This document shows, one piece after another, positions 7,328-14,994 of a DNA stretch of 18,404 bases (the stretch's first letter is position 1; every line of letters begins with the position of its first letter). The stretch spans positions 1 to 18,404 of the forward strand of contig JBKHHG010000015.1 in NCBI GenBank assembly GCA_046539225.1, written 5' to 3'. The stretch comes from Candidatus Nanohaloarchaea archaeon. Its GTDB lineage: Archaea; Nanohalarchaeota; Nanosalinia; Nanosalinales; Nanosalinaceae. Under the pieces are notes generated by a model, which was not told the DNA's origin, made no database searches, and worked only from the letters and a program-made list of their open reading frames with translations. The position numbers were made by a program, and so were the translations under genes.

Positions 7328-7998
7328 TGGCAGAGCAGGAAGAGGAAGGAGATATCTGGAAGCCGAAGACCAAGCTTGGGAAGAAAGTTGCAAACGGTGA
7401 GATAAACGATATAGTTGAAGCCCTGGACTATGAGAGGCCTATCATGGAGCCCGAGATAGTCGACCATCTTGTCGATCTCGATGAAGAAGTTATCCTGATC
7501 GGTGGAACCCCGGGTAAGGGAGGCGGCATGAGGAGAACTGTTTCAAAGAGAACGGCGAGAATGCACAAGTCAGGAGCACGTTACTCCTCGAACGCCATGA
7601 CCGTGCTTGGAGACAGGAACCGTGTTATAGGCCTTGGAGTAGGAGAATCCGAGGATACAAGGGCCGCAATCGAAGACGCTAACAGGGAGGCCAAGCTCAA
7701 CCTGATCAAAGTACCTAAAGGAAACGGCTCCTGGGAGGACACGGGAGAAGACGAATCCTCGATTCCTTTCGCGGTAGAAGGAAAGTCCGGAAGCGTAACG
7801 GTAGAGCTTAAACCGGCTCCGCGTGGAACAGGCCTTGCATGCAGCGACGAGGTCAAGAAAGTTATGGAGCTCGCAGGCATCGAAAATATCTGGGTTCAGA
7901 CCCGTGGAACCACTCAGACCCGTGAAAACCTTACACGTGCAACGTTCCAGGCCCTTGAAAAGCTCAGCGAGATGAAGACCCGGGGTGAAGAAGAATGA
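7327..7998 (+). CDS. rps5: 30S ribosomal protein S5 (uS5)
   Basis: Motifs WKPKTKLGKKV, EPEIVD, GKSGSVTVELKPAPRGTGL, LAGIENIWVQTRG and NLTRATFQAL. Confidence 0.97.
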   Translation: MAEQEEEGDIWKPKTKLGKKVANGEINDIVEALDYERPIMEPEIVDHLVDLDEEVILIGGTPGKGGGMRRTVSKRTARMHKSGARYSSNAMTVLGDRNRVIGLGVGESEDTRAAIEDANREAKLNLIKVPKGNGSWEDTGEDESSIPFAVEGKSGSVTVELKPAPRGTGLACSDEVKKVMELAGIENIWVQTRGTTQTRENLTRATFQALEKLSEMKTRGEEE

Positions 7999-8339
7999 TT
8001 GCAGCAGTAAAGGTCAGGGGAAGCGTCGACGCGCCTCACACCATTGAGGACACGATGCAGAACCTGGGCCTCGAGAACAGGAACCAGATAGTTTTCTACG
8101 AGGAAAACGACTCTATCAAAGGAATGATGAACAAGGCAAAGGACTTCATAACTTACGGAGAAGTTTCCGACGATATAATCGAAGAAGTCGAGGAAAGATA
8201 CGAGGAAGTTGAGTCAGGTACAGTTATCGACGCAAGGCCTCCGTCAAAAGGCTTTAGAAACACTAAGAAAGGAGTAAACCAGTCGGGAAGCCTTGGTAAA
8301 CGCGATTCAATCGACAGCTTGCTTAAGAGGATGATCTAA
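7995..8339 (+). CDS. rpl30: 50S ribosomal protein L30 (uL30), short form
   Basis: Motifs MIAAVKVRG, IEDTMQNLGL, GMMNKAKDFITYGE, PPSKGF and IDSLLKRMI. Position between rps5 and rpl15. Confidence 0.93.
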   Translation: MIAAVKVRGSVDAPHTIEDTMQNLGLENRNQIVFYEENDSIKGMMNKAKDFITYGEVSDDIIEEVEERYEEVESGTVIDARPPSKGFRNTKKGVNQSGSLGKRDSIDSLLKRMI

Positions 8340-8762
8340 ATGACCAAGAGAAGATCCAAGAAGAAAAAGTCCGGTTCTCACGGATACGGAAGCAGCAAGA
8401 AAAACCGTGGAGCAGGCAACCGTGGAGGACGAGGAAACGCAGGCTCCGGTAAGAAAGGCCAGTCCAAAAGACTGACCAAGGAAGGAGTACAGGAGCTCGG
8501 CGAGAAAGGATTCACATCCCGGCAGCCAGATCAGAACGGTATAAACCTTAGAGATATAGACGACAGGATCGAAACACTGAGCGAGAAAGGCCTTGTCGAA
8601 GATGACGGAGATGTTCTCGTGCTTGATGTTACAGAGTTCGGATATGACAAGGTGCTTGGCACCGGTCATTTAAACAGGGAGATCGAAATTCATGCTGAAA
8701 GCTTTTCATCCTCTGCCGAGAGAAAGATTGAAGAAGCAGGTGGAGAAGCAGTAGAGAAGTAA
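8340..8762 (+). CDS. rpl15: 50S ribosomal protein L15 (uL15)
   Basis: Motifs SHGYGSSKKNRGAGNRGGRGNAG, GYDKVLGTG and FSSSAERKIEEAGGE. Confidence 0.96.
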   Translation: MTKRRSKKKKSGSHGYGSSKKNRGAGNRGGRGNAGSGKKGQSKRLTKEGVQELGEKGFTSRQPDQNGINLRDIDDRIETLSEKGLVEDDGDVLVLDVTEFGYDKVLGTGHLNREIEIHAESFSSSAERKIEEAGGEAVEK

Positions 8763-8780
8763 AGGCCTGAGGTATCAAGA

Positions 8781-10172
8781 ATGTCAAAGCTTGTCCAGAT
8801 AGCACAGTACGTTCCCACGGTTGAGAAACCTGAGAAGGAACAGGCACTTAAACAGATGCTGACATGGACAGGCCTCGTAATTCTACTTTACTTTACCTTG
8901 AGCGAGATACCTATCTACGCCGCTGACGCCACACAGGTCGAACAGGCGATCCAGCAGCTGAGAACCTTTCAGACCTTGCTCGGTTCCGAGATAGGAACGA
9001 TAATAACCCTGGGTATCGGACCTATCGTAACCGCCTCGATTGTGCTGCAGATGATGGTAGGATCCGAACTTCTGCCATGGAACACCGATACACAGGAAGG
9101 AAAGCAGAAGTTTCAGGCCGCCCAGAAACTGCTCGCCTACTCTCTCACAGTCATTCAAGCTGTGGGTTTTACGCTTTCAGGCACGTTTGGCTCGGTCGCA
9201 GGAGACCCCATGCTTTTCACCCTGATAACAGGCCAGATTACACTGGGCGGATGGCTAATAATACTGCTGGACGACCTCGTCCAGAAATGGGGCTTCGGCT
9301 CCGGAGTAGGCCTGTTCATTGCGGCAGGAGTCTCAAAAGGAATATTCATACAGCTTTTCTCACCGCTGACAGACACAGGATCCTTCTTCTGGGTCAGCGG
9401 CGGAGACCCTCAGGGAGCTTTATTCACCTTTATAAACACGCTTGCGCCTGAAGCCGCTTTGACAGTGGTCTCAACTGTAGCAGTATTTGCCTTTGTGGTC
9501 TACCTACAGTCAATGAAAGTCGAGATACCGTTGACTTTCGGAAACGTCAGAGGATTCGGCCAGAAATGGCCTCTAAAGTTCTTCTACACCAGTGTTATGC
9601 CTGTCATCTTTGTATCGGCTTTAATCGCAAATATTCAGATAGTGGGGACGCTTGCAGCCGGACAGAACGGCTCAGTCCCTATACTCGGAAGCTTCAGCCA
9701 GGGACAGGCACAGTCAGGTCTCGCACTCCTCGTTAACCCGCCTACACAGGTCATAACCTCCTTGATCTCGGGAGGATTCGGATCCATCACTGCTTTCCAG
9801 ATATTCCACGTATTCTTCTACGTCACGATATACACTGTTGGAGCAGCCATATTCTCGATTTTCTGGGCCAAAACCACTGGCCAGGACAGTGATGCGGTCG
9901 CAGATCAGATCCAGCAGACCGGGATGAAAGTACCAGGATTCAGGAAGGACAGACGCGTCATCAAGAAAGTCCTTGACCGTTACATCCCACCGCTGATCGT
10001 CGTCGCGGGAGCAGCCGTAGGATTCATCGCCGCGGCCGCAGACCTTATCCAAGCCGCAGGCGGCGGAATGGGAATTCTGCTTACAGTGATGATCCTCTAC
10101 AGACTCTACGAACAGCTCGCCCAGAAACACATGGAAGAACTCCACCCCGCGATGAAAGACTTCCTCCAATGA
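8781..10172 (+). CDS. secY: Preprotein translocase subunit SecY (Sec61 alpha)
   Basis: About 10 TM segments. Motifs LGIGPIVTASIVLQ, KWGFGSGVGLFIAAG, PLKFFYTSVMPVI, PGFRK, LDRYIP and GGMGILLTV. Confidence 0.98.
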   Translation: MSKLVQIAQYVPTVEKPEKEQALKQMLTWTGLVILLYFTLSEIPIYAADATQVEQAIQQLRTFQTLLGSEIGTIITLGIGPIVTASIVLQMMVGSELLPWNTDTQEGKQKFQAAQKLLAYSLTVIQAVGFTLSGTFGSVAGDPMLFTLITGQITLGGWLIILLDDLVQKWGFGSGVGLFIAAGVSKGIFIQLFSPLTDTGSFFWVSGGDPQGALFTFINTLAPEAALTVVSTVAVFAFVVYLQSMKVEIPLTFGNVRGFGQKWPLKFFYTSVMPVIFVSALIANIQIVGTLAAGQNGSVPILGSFSQGQAQSGLALLVNPPTQVITSLISGGFGSITAFQIFHVFFYVTIYTVGAAIFSIFWAKTTGQDSDAVADQIQQTGMKVPGFRKDRRVIKKVLDRYIPPLIVVAGAAVGFIAAAADLIQAAGGGMGILLTVMILYRLYEQLAQKHMEELHPAMKDFLQ

Positions 10173-10375
10173 GAATAACAAAGATACAGGACGACGGGGA
10201 AAAATTTATTATCCACGGCGAGACAGGCCTCCAGCAGAAGCTGAGAGAAACCTTCGACCAGGTAGGCCTCGGAATCTCAGTAACAAGCTCCGAAAAAGCA
10301 GAGGCCCATGTTCTCTACACAGAAAACAACAGAGACATAGTCCTCAGGATTTTAGACGAGAGAACAGAAAAATAA
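10169..10375 (+). CDS. Hypothetical 68-aa protein translationally coupled to secY
   Basis: ATGA overlap with the secY stop. Codon style resembles neighbours, with two AGGCCT sites. No recognisable motif. Confidence 0.6.
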   Translation: MRITKIQDDGEKFIIHGETGLQQKLRETFDQVGLGISVTSSEKAEAHVLYTENNRDIVLRILDERTEK

Positions 10376-10423
10376 ACCGTAAAAGGTTCTATAGATTAAA
10401 TCACAGTCAACAATCATTCTCGG

Positions 10424-10769
10424 TCAGTCCCGGATAGCCAGTGCAAATATCTCTATCGGATACTTTCTGAAGTTGCTGACCCGGAAGATCAGCCAGACCG
10501 CGCTTCTCGACGTCCCGGTCCAGAACGCGGTAGTGGAGAAAAGCAGGTAGAGGTTGCCACCAGCATGCCGCTCAACATTGAAAGAGCCGCGTATACCAGC
10601 GTGAAGAGGCCTGGAGTTAGGCCTATCTGGAACGCTGCGTAGAAAATCAGTGCGATATTGGCGATAACCTTGGGAACGTTGTTGTGGACTTCCCCGCGCC
10701 GTTCGCACCGATATAACCGATCATCTCACCCTCCTCGATCTCCAGGTTCAGATCATCGGCCTCAATCAA
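10424..10769 (-). pseudogene. Collapsed ABC-2 transporter remnant: ATPase N-terminus joined to a frameshifted DUF990-like permease fragment
   Basis: 10769-10647 encodes LIEADDLNLEIEEGEMIGYIGANGAGKSTT (Walker A). A second frame gives NVPKVIANIALIFYAAFQIGLTPGLFTLVYAALSMLSGMLV. After a frameshift comes LYLLFSTTAFWTGTSRSAVWLIFRVSNFRKYPIEIFALAIRD*. Confidence 0.75.
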
Positions 10770-10828
10770 AGATATGGGGAAAGATGCGGCAGCCAGTTTT
10801 ACAAATCAGAGGCCTCAAAACTCAGTTA

Positions 10829-11419
10829 ATGCGGCAAAAACTGTTCCAAGAAAAAACCCTGTACACAATCGCTCTGCTGAACATTTTAGGGACTGTCTTC
10901 GGCTTCTACTACTACAGCGAACAGCTGCTCTCAACACCGCTCCACCTCTGGATATTCGTCCCGGCCTCTCCCATAGCCACGCTACTCTTCGCATCTTCAA
11001 TCTACCTCAACGCAAAGAATAAAGGCCTCCCGCTTCTGAACGCGCTGTCGTTCATCGCCAACCTCAAGTACGGGCTCTGGACAGTGTTCTGCCTCTTTTA
11101 CTACTTTGAAACATTTTTCTCAGGAAATAGCCTTCTCTACAGCTTCATGCTGGCATCACACCTTGGAATGGCGGTACAGGCCTTCCTCCTGTTTAAATGG
11201 CGCACCACCGTTAAAGCCTTGACTCTCTCATCTCTCTGGTACCTGTTCAACGATTTCATCGACTACAGCCTCGGAACCCATACAGAACTATACACTCAGA
11301 ACGTCTTCCCCGCAGAAATCGCGGCCTACTCACTGACATTTCTCGCCTTTGTCTCAGGCCTGTCGCTGATTCAAAAAGATCAAATTCTAAAGAAGTTGCG
11401 TGAAGTTCGAAGAGTTTAA
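10829..11419 (+). CDS. DUF1405-family membrane protein
   Basis: Motifs NILGTVFGFYYYSEQL..TPLHLWIFVPASPIATLLF, KYGLWTV, SHLGMAVQA and NDFIDY. Start moved to ATG 10829 because TATA-like TTTTACAA lies at 10797-10804. Confidence 0.8.
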   Translation: MRQKLFQEKTLYTIALLNILGTVFGFYYYSEQLLSTPLHLWIFVPASPIATLLFASSIYLNAKNKGLPLLNALSFIANLKYGLWTVFCLFYYFETFFSGNSLLYSFMLASHLGMAVQAFLLFKWRTTVKALTLSSLWYLFNDFIDYSLGTHTELYTQNVFPAEIAAYSLTFLAFVSGLSLIQKDQILKKLREVRRV

Positions 11420-11813
11420 AGAAGGCCAGAAAATACTGTACAACGATAGAAAGACCCCGCTGACAGTCCAAAAAATAGAGAAAGACAAGATGAAAGTGAA
11501 AGGCCCGAACGGCGGAGAATACGAGATTTTCTACGATGGCGACACAAGACTCGTCTCAAAACCCGGGAATAGGAAGTACTCCTCATACTGCAAAGACCTG
11601 AGAAAAGTCGGAGAATGGCGCCGAGAAGGAGACCAATGGATCCACTCAAAGACAGAGGCCTCCATCAAACTGGAGAAAAAGAAGAACGGCTTCTGGACCC
11701 TGAAATCAGAAAAATTCGAAGATGAACTCGACAACCCCAAGTACGGCTTCTCAAACAGGGAGGCGGCGGCAGAAGAAGCCCAAAAACTTACAGAGAAAAG
11801 GCCTGAAGGCTGA
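11400..11813 (+). CDS. Hypothetical protein (basic, beta-rich; N-terminal SH3/KOW-like look)
   Basis: 137-aa ORF with a GTG start overlapping the DUF1405 end. Contains EGQKILYNDRKTPLTV...VKGPNGGEY. Typical codon usage. Confidence 0.7.
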   Translation: MKFEEFKEGQKILYNDRKTPLTVQKIEKDKMKVKGPNGGEYEIFYDGDTRLVSKPGNRKYSSYCKDLRKVGEWRREGDQWIHSKTEASIKLEKKKNGFWTLKSEKFEDELDNPKYGFSNREAAAEEAQKLTEKRPEG

Positions 11814-11883
11814 AATAAAGCTTTTTTAGAAATATGAAAAAATGTCGGGTAAAGAAGCCCCGTGCTGCGAAACAATGCGTGTT

Positions 11884-12075
11884 TTAAACTTTTACTACGT
11901 CGACTGCTTCCAGCCCTTTGTCGCCTTCTTCAGTCTCGAACTCCACTTCATCGCCTTCGCCGACTTCGTCGGCTTCGACGTTTGTGATGTGGAAGAAAAT
12001 ATCGTCTTCCTCATCCTCAACTTCGATAAATCCGTACTTATCTCGGTCGTGGAAGAACTTTACTGTACCTTGCAT
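11884..12075 (-). CDS. csp: Cold-shock domain protein (CspA family)
   Basis: MQGTVKFF...KYGFI (RNP1) and DIFFHIT (RNP2), then EGDEVEFE..EGDKGLEA. ATG 12075 has SD AGGAGGTG at 12090-12083 and TATAAA at 12122-12117. Confidence 0.95.
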   Translation of the reverse strand: MQGTVKFFHDRDKYGFIEVEDEEDDIFFHITNVEADEVGEGDEVEFETEEGDKGLEAVDVVKV

Positions 12076-12116
12076 TAAACTACACCTCCTTGTAAAGAAT
12101 AGATTGGACGACAACC

Positions 12117-12170
12117 TTTATAGGATAGAAGGTTAGGCCTCCTGGAACTGGTTTAAAGAACGAGGCCTAA
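12117..12170. promoter_or_regulatory. Divergent promoter region csp / Nudix-like gene
   Basis: Minus-strand TATAAA at 12122-12117. Plus-strand TTTAAAG at 12152-12158 is bracketed by the 9-bp inverted repeat TTAGGCCTC (12133-12141) / GAGGCCTAA (12162-12170). Confidence 0.5.
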
Positions 12171-12179
12171 ACTTTCTGT

Positions 12180-12548
12180 ATGGATAGAGAAGTTTCAGGC
12201 GGATTCGTTGTCAGAGAGAAAAAGCTTTTGATGGTTGAAAGCGAGGATGGCTGGACCGTTCCGAGCAAGATCTCGGAGCCGGGAGAGATTTCATCGGATA
12301 CAGCCAGGAAAGCAGTTGAAAACGTTTCAGGCCTTGACTGCACGGTTAGAAAATTCAAGAGCCGGTTGAAAACCACTTATGTGCAGAACGGAGAGGACTA
12401 CTCATGGAAGCCCTACGCAGTTGAGATAGAGTCTGAAGAGGCTGTGGAGACGGAGAAAGGTGAATGGGTTCCGGTGAAGGAGCTTCCGGAGCTTGAACTT
12501 GTGCCGCCGCTTGAAAAAACCGCTGAAGAAGTCGTTGACAGGATCTGA
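12180..12548 (+). CDS. Nudix-fold protein with a degenerate Nudix box
   Basis: VSGGFVV...LLMV...GWTVP-SKISEPGEISSDTARKAVENVSGL and a C-terminal GEWVPVKEL. The GX5EX7REUXEEXGU box is only partly retained. Confidence 0.7.
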   Translation: MDREVSGGFVVREKKLLMVESEDGWTVPSKISEPGEISSDTARKAVENVSGLDCTVRKFKSRLKTTYVQNGEDYSWKPYAVEIESEEAVETEKGEWVPVKELPELELVPPLEKTAEEVVDRI

Positions 12549-12585
12549 GGCAAGGCCTTAAACCTGTGGAAACAAAACTTTAACT

Positions 12586-13212
12586 ATGATTAAAATGAAG
12601 AAGACTTTGACAGTTCTTGCTTTACTTATGGCTCTGGGCTTTTTAACCGGTCTTTCCGCGGCCCAGGACTCCAACAGTTCAGGTATGCAGGAGGCCTCTG
12701 ACGTGGCGACGCCCGGAGAAGGCCTCTACTTCTTCAAGAGTTTGAGGGAGCGGGTTCAGCTTGGGATGGCACGTGCACCTGTGATAGGAGGCCTTGAGAA
12801 AGAGGCCGAGGTCTTGACAGGGCATGCAGATGAAAGGGTTAGAGAGGTCGAGGCCCTCACGGAGAGAAGCCAGACTGAAAGAGTTCAGAGAGTGACGGAG
12901 CGTTACTCTCAGACGGTTGAACAGGCCTCGGAGGCTGCAAACCGTTCAGGCCAGAATCGTACGATACAGCAGGTAAGAAAAGCGACGAGCAGGCATGAAC
13001 AGGTTCTGCAACGGGTTTCCGAGAAAGTACCTGAAGCGGCCAGGCAGGGAATCCAGACCGCGATAGAGAACAGCCGGAGAGCTATTGGAAGGCCTGAATC
13101 CGCGGAACCCGGTTCAGAGAAAGGAAAGCAGAACGAGTCCCGTAATGGTTCACAGGGCTCCCCGCCTTCGGAGTCCCCAGGGCCTGGAGGAGGCTTTGCC
13201 TCAACCAACTGA
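12586..13212 (+). CDS. Secreted helical protein, DUF5667-like
   Basis: Signal peptide MKKTLTVLALLMALGFLTGLSAA. Contains TPGEGLYFFKSLRERVQL...EKEAEVL..HADERVREVEAL and a low-complexity Ser/Gly/Pro tail. Confidence 0.7.
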   Translation: MIKMKKTLTVLALLMALGFLTGLSAAQDSNSSGMQEASDVATPGEGLYFFKSLRERVQLGMARAPVIGGLEKEAEVLTGHADERVREVEALTERSQTERVQRVTERYSQTVEQASEAANRSGQNRTIQQVRKATSRHEQVLQRVSEKVPEAARQGIQTAIENSRRAIGRPESAEPGSEKGKQNESRNGSQGSPPSESPGPGGGFASTN

Positions 13213-13237
13213 TTTTTTCTCGTTCTTCTTTTTTCTT
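13213..13237 (+). terminator. U-rich archaeal-type terminator
   Basis: TTTTTTCTCGTTCTTCTTTTTTCTT directly after the stop codon. Confidence 0.5.
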
Positions 13238-13272
13238 CAGGTGTTAAAACTTTTCAGTTCGAACTCGGTTCT

Positions 13273-13560
13273 ATGGATCTTTCAAGACAGGAACGTGAAA
13301 ACCTGCATAAATGGGGTAAGGCCCGGAGAATTATCGATGAGGAGAAGATCTCAGTGGAGCTGAGGTCAAGCGACCGTTACCAGTTCGAGGTTGAGGGAGA
13401 CAGCGAGGCCTATACTGTAGGGATAGACATCGACACAGGCGAATCTTTCTGTCCCTGTCCTTTCCGCGGCGAGACGTGTTCCCATCAGATCGCGGCCCAT
13501 CTCTACCTTGCAGGGATCGGCGTGGAGAACGAGGATTACAGGCCTCCAGATCAGGGTTAG
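13273..13560 (+). CDS. SWIM zinc-finger protein
   Basis: FEVEGDSEAYTV...FCPCPFRGETCSHQIAA fits CxC-xn-CxH. TATA-like TTAAAAC at 13244-13250. Confidence 0.85.
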   Translation: MDLSRQERENLHKWGKARRIIDEEKISVELRSSDRYQFEVEGDSEAYTVGIDIDTGESFCPCPFRGETCSHQIAAHLYLAGIGVENEDYRPPDQG

Positions 13561-13595
13561 AATATAAAACCGTGGAGGAAGAATCTCTACTTTAT

Positions 13596-14276
13596 ATGAA
13601 AAAGAAAATAGTCCTGGGGCTTTTCGTACTGTTGCTCGCCGGGGTTTCATCGGCTCAGGCCTGTGAAGTAGTCGAGGCGGAAAACGCTTCTTCACAGGAT
13701 GTAAAACTTGAAGCAGGTGCATCGGTAAATTACAGCACCAATGTTTCTACAGGCCCTGAAGGCATGGCATCCTTCGTCTGCGGCTCAAATATGGTACACG
13801 TGGATTCAGGCCTTGAAGGCCCATTGAACCAGGTCGGAGAGGTAGAGAACCCTGATGTCGAAGTCGAGCAAAACGTTTCGATAAAAGATGCGTTGAAAAA
13901 TACTGAAGAGATCGAGGAGAACCTTGACGAAGTGAATCAGGCCCTGGACCAGCAGCTTCCTGACACCCTGAAGTCGCTGGTGTTCGGCGACAACGTGAAC
14001 TTTGCGGTGGACAACACAACAATAGGAATCGAAACTAATCAGTCAGGTATCACAGATGTTGAGAAGGGAGGCCTTGAAGACCCTACGCTTGAGATCTCGA
14101 TGGAGGAAGAGAGGATAGAGCAGATCCTCGAATCCAACAACTCGGTGAAGGAGGTCAGGGAGGCCTACAGCGGCGACGGAATAGAGGTCGAAGCCCATTC
14201 ACTGAAGAACAAGGCGGTGTTCGGAGCTGTAAACCTTGCGAACAAGGCCTACGGTCTTTTATCCGGTGTTTTCTAA
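13596..14276 (+). CDS. Secreted protein with a C-terminal SCP2-like domain
   Basis: Signal peptide MKKKIVLGLFVLLLAGVSSAQA from ATG 13596 (TATAAAA at 13563-13569). The C-terminal ITDVEKGGLEDPTLEISMEEERIEQIL...VREAYSGDGIEVEA resembles the SCP2 fold pattern. Confidence 0.6.
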   Translation: MKKKIVLGLFVLLLAGVSSAQACEVVEAENASSQDVKLEAGASVNYSTNVSTGPEGMASFVCGSNMVHVDSGLEGPLNQVGEVENPDVEVEQNVSIKDALKNTEEIEENLDEVNQALDQQLPDTLKSLVFGDNVNFAVDNTTIGIETNQSGITDVEKGGLEDPTLEISMEEERIEQILESNNSVKEVREAYSGDGIEVEAHSLKNKAVFGAVNLANKAYGLLSGVF

Positions 14277-14314
14277 GGGAAAACATTTTATCCTGTTAAA
14301 GTCCAAAACATTCT

Positions 14315-14992
14315 ATGAACTTGATTGAGGCCTCCGGTATCTCCAAGAAGTATGCTGGTTTTGAGCTGAAGAAAGTCGATCTTGAGGTGGAGAGCGGAGA
14401 GATAGTCGGGGTTCTCGGGCCAAATGGCGCAGGCAAATCTACTTTGATAGAGATACTTACAGGGCAGACCGAGAGGGATTCAGGCGAACTTCAGGTTTTA
14501 GGCCTCGACCCGAAGAAAAGTCCTGTGGGGCTGCGGAAGAGGATAGGTGTTCTACCTGAGCGAGAAGATCCTCCAAGCTTTCTGACAGGCAAGGAGTACC
14601 TCAACTTTGTATCCGATGTCAGGTCAGAGGCGATGGACTGGAGCTTGCCTGAACGCCTGAATCTCAGTGACCATCTCCTGTCGCAGCAGACCCGGCAGCT
14701 CTCAAAAGGAGAGAGACAGAAACTTATGGTAGTACAGGCCTTCTTCCACGAACCGGAGCTGGTTTTCATCGATGAACCGTTAATCAACCTCGACCCGTTA
14801 ATACAGGAAGAGGTAAAGGATGTCTTCCGGGAACACAGGGATAGAGGCGGTTCAATGGTGCTTTCAACCCATCTGGTATCTCTGGCGGAAGAGCTCTGTG
14901 ACCGGGTGCTGTTCCTTAAAGACGGTGAGGTAGTCGAAGAAGTCGATCCCGCCGACTTAAAGCAGAAATTCATCGATTCAGAGGAAGAGTAA
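14315..14992 (+). CDS. ABC transporter ATP-binding protein (ABC-2/drug-exporter type)
   Basis: Walker A GPNGAGKST, signature LSKGERQKL, Walker B LVFIDEP and H-loop LSTH. Confidence 0.95.
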   Translation: MNLIEASGISKKYAGFELKKVDLEVESGEIVGVLGPNGAGKSTLIEILTGQTERDSGELQVLGLDPKKSPVGLRKRIGVLPEREDPPSFLTGKEYLNFVSDVRSEAMDWSLPERLNLSDHLLSQQTRQLSKGERQKLMVVQAFFHEPELVFIDEPLINLDPLIQEEVKDVFREHRDRGGSMVLSTHLVSLAEELCDRVLFLKDGEVVEEVDPADLKQKFIDSEEE

Positions 14993-14994
14993 AG

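Noticed and set aside
10376..10780. Possible RNase P RNA or SRP RNA in the gap after secY
   Set aside because: No RNase P P4 consensus or SRP helix-8 pattern was seen. The region is explained by ABC transporter fragments.
10658..10828. 57-aa N-terminal extension of the DUF1405 ORF in the ORF track
   Set aside because: It overlaps the antisense ABC pseudogene and looks non-protein-like. A TATA-like box points to ATG 10829.
13476..13595. N-terminal extension of the 266-aa ORF
   Set aside because: It overlaps the SWIM gene. The signal peptide and TATA box indicate a start at 13596.
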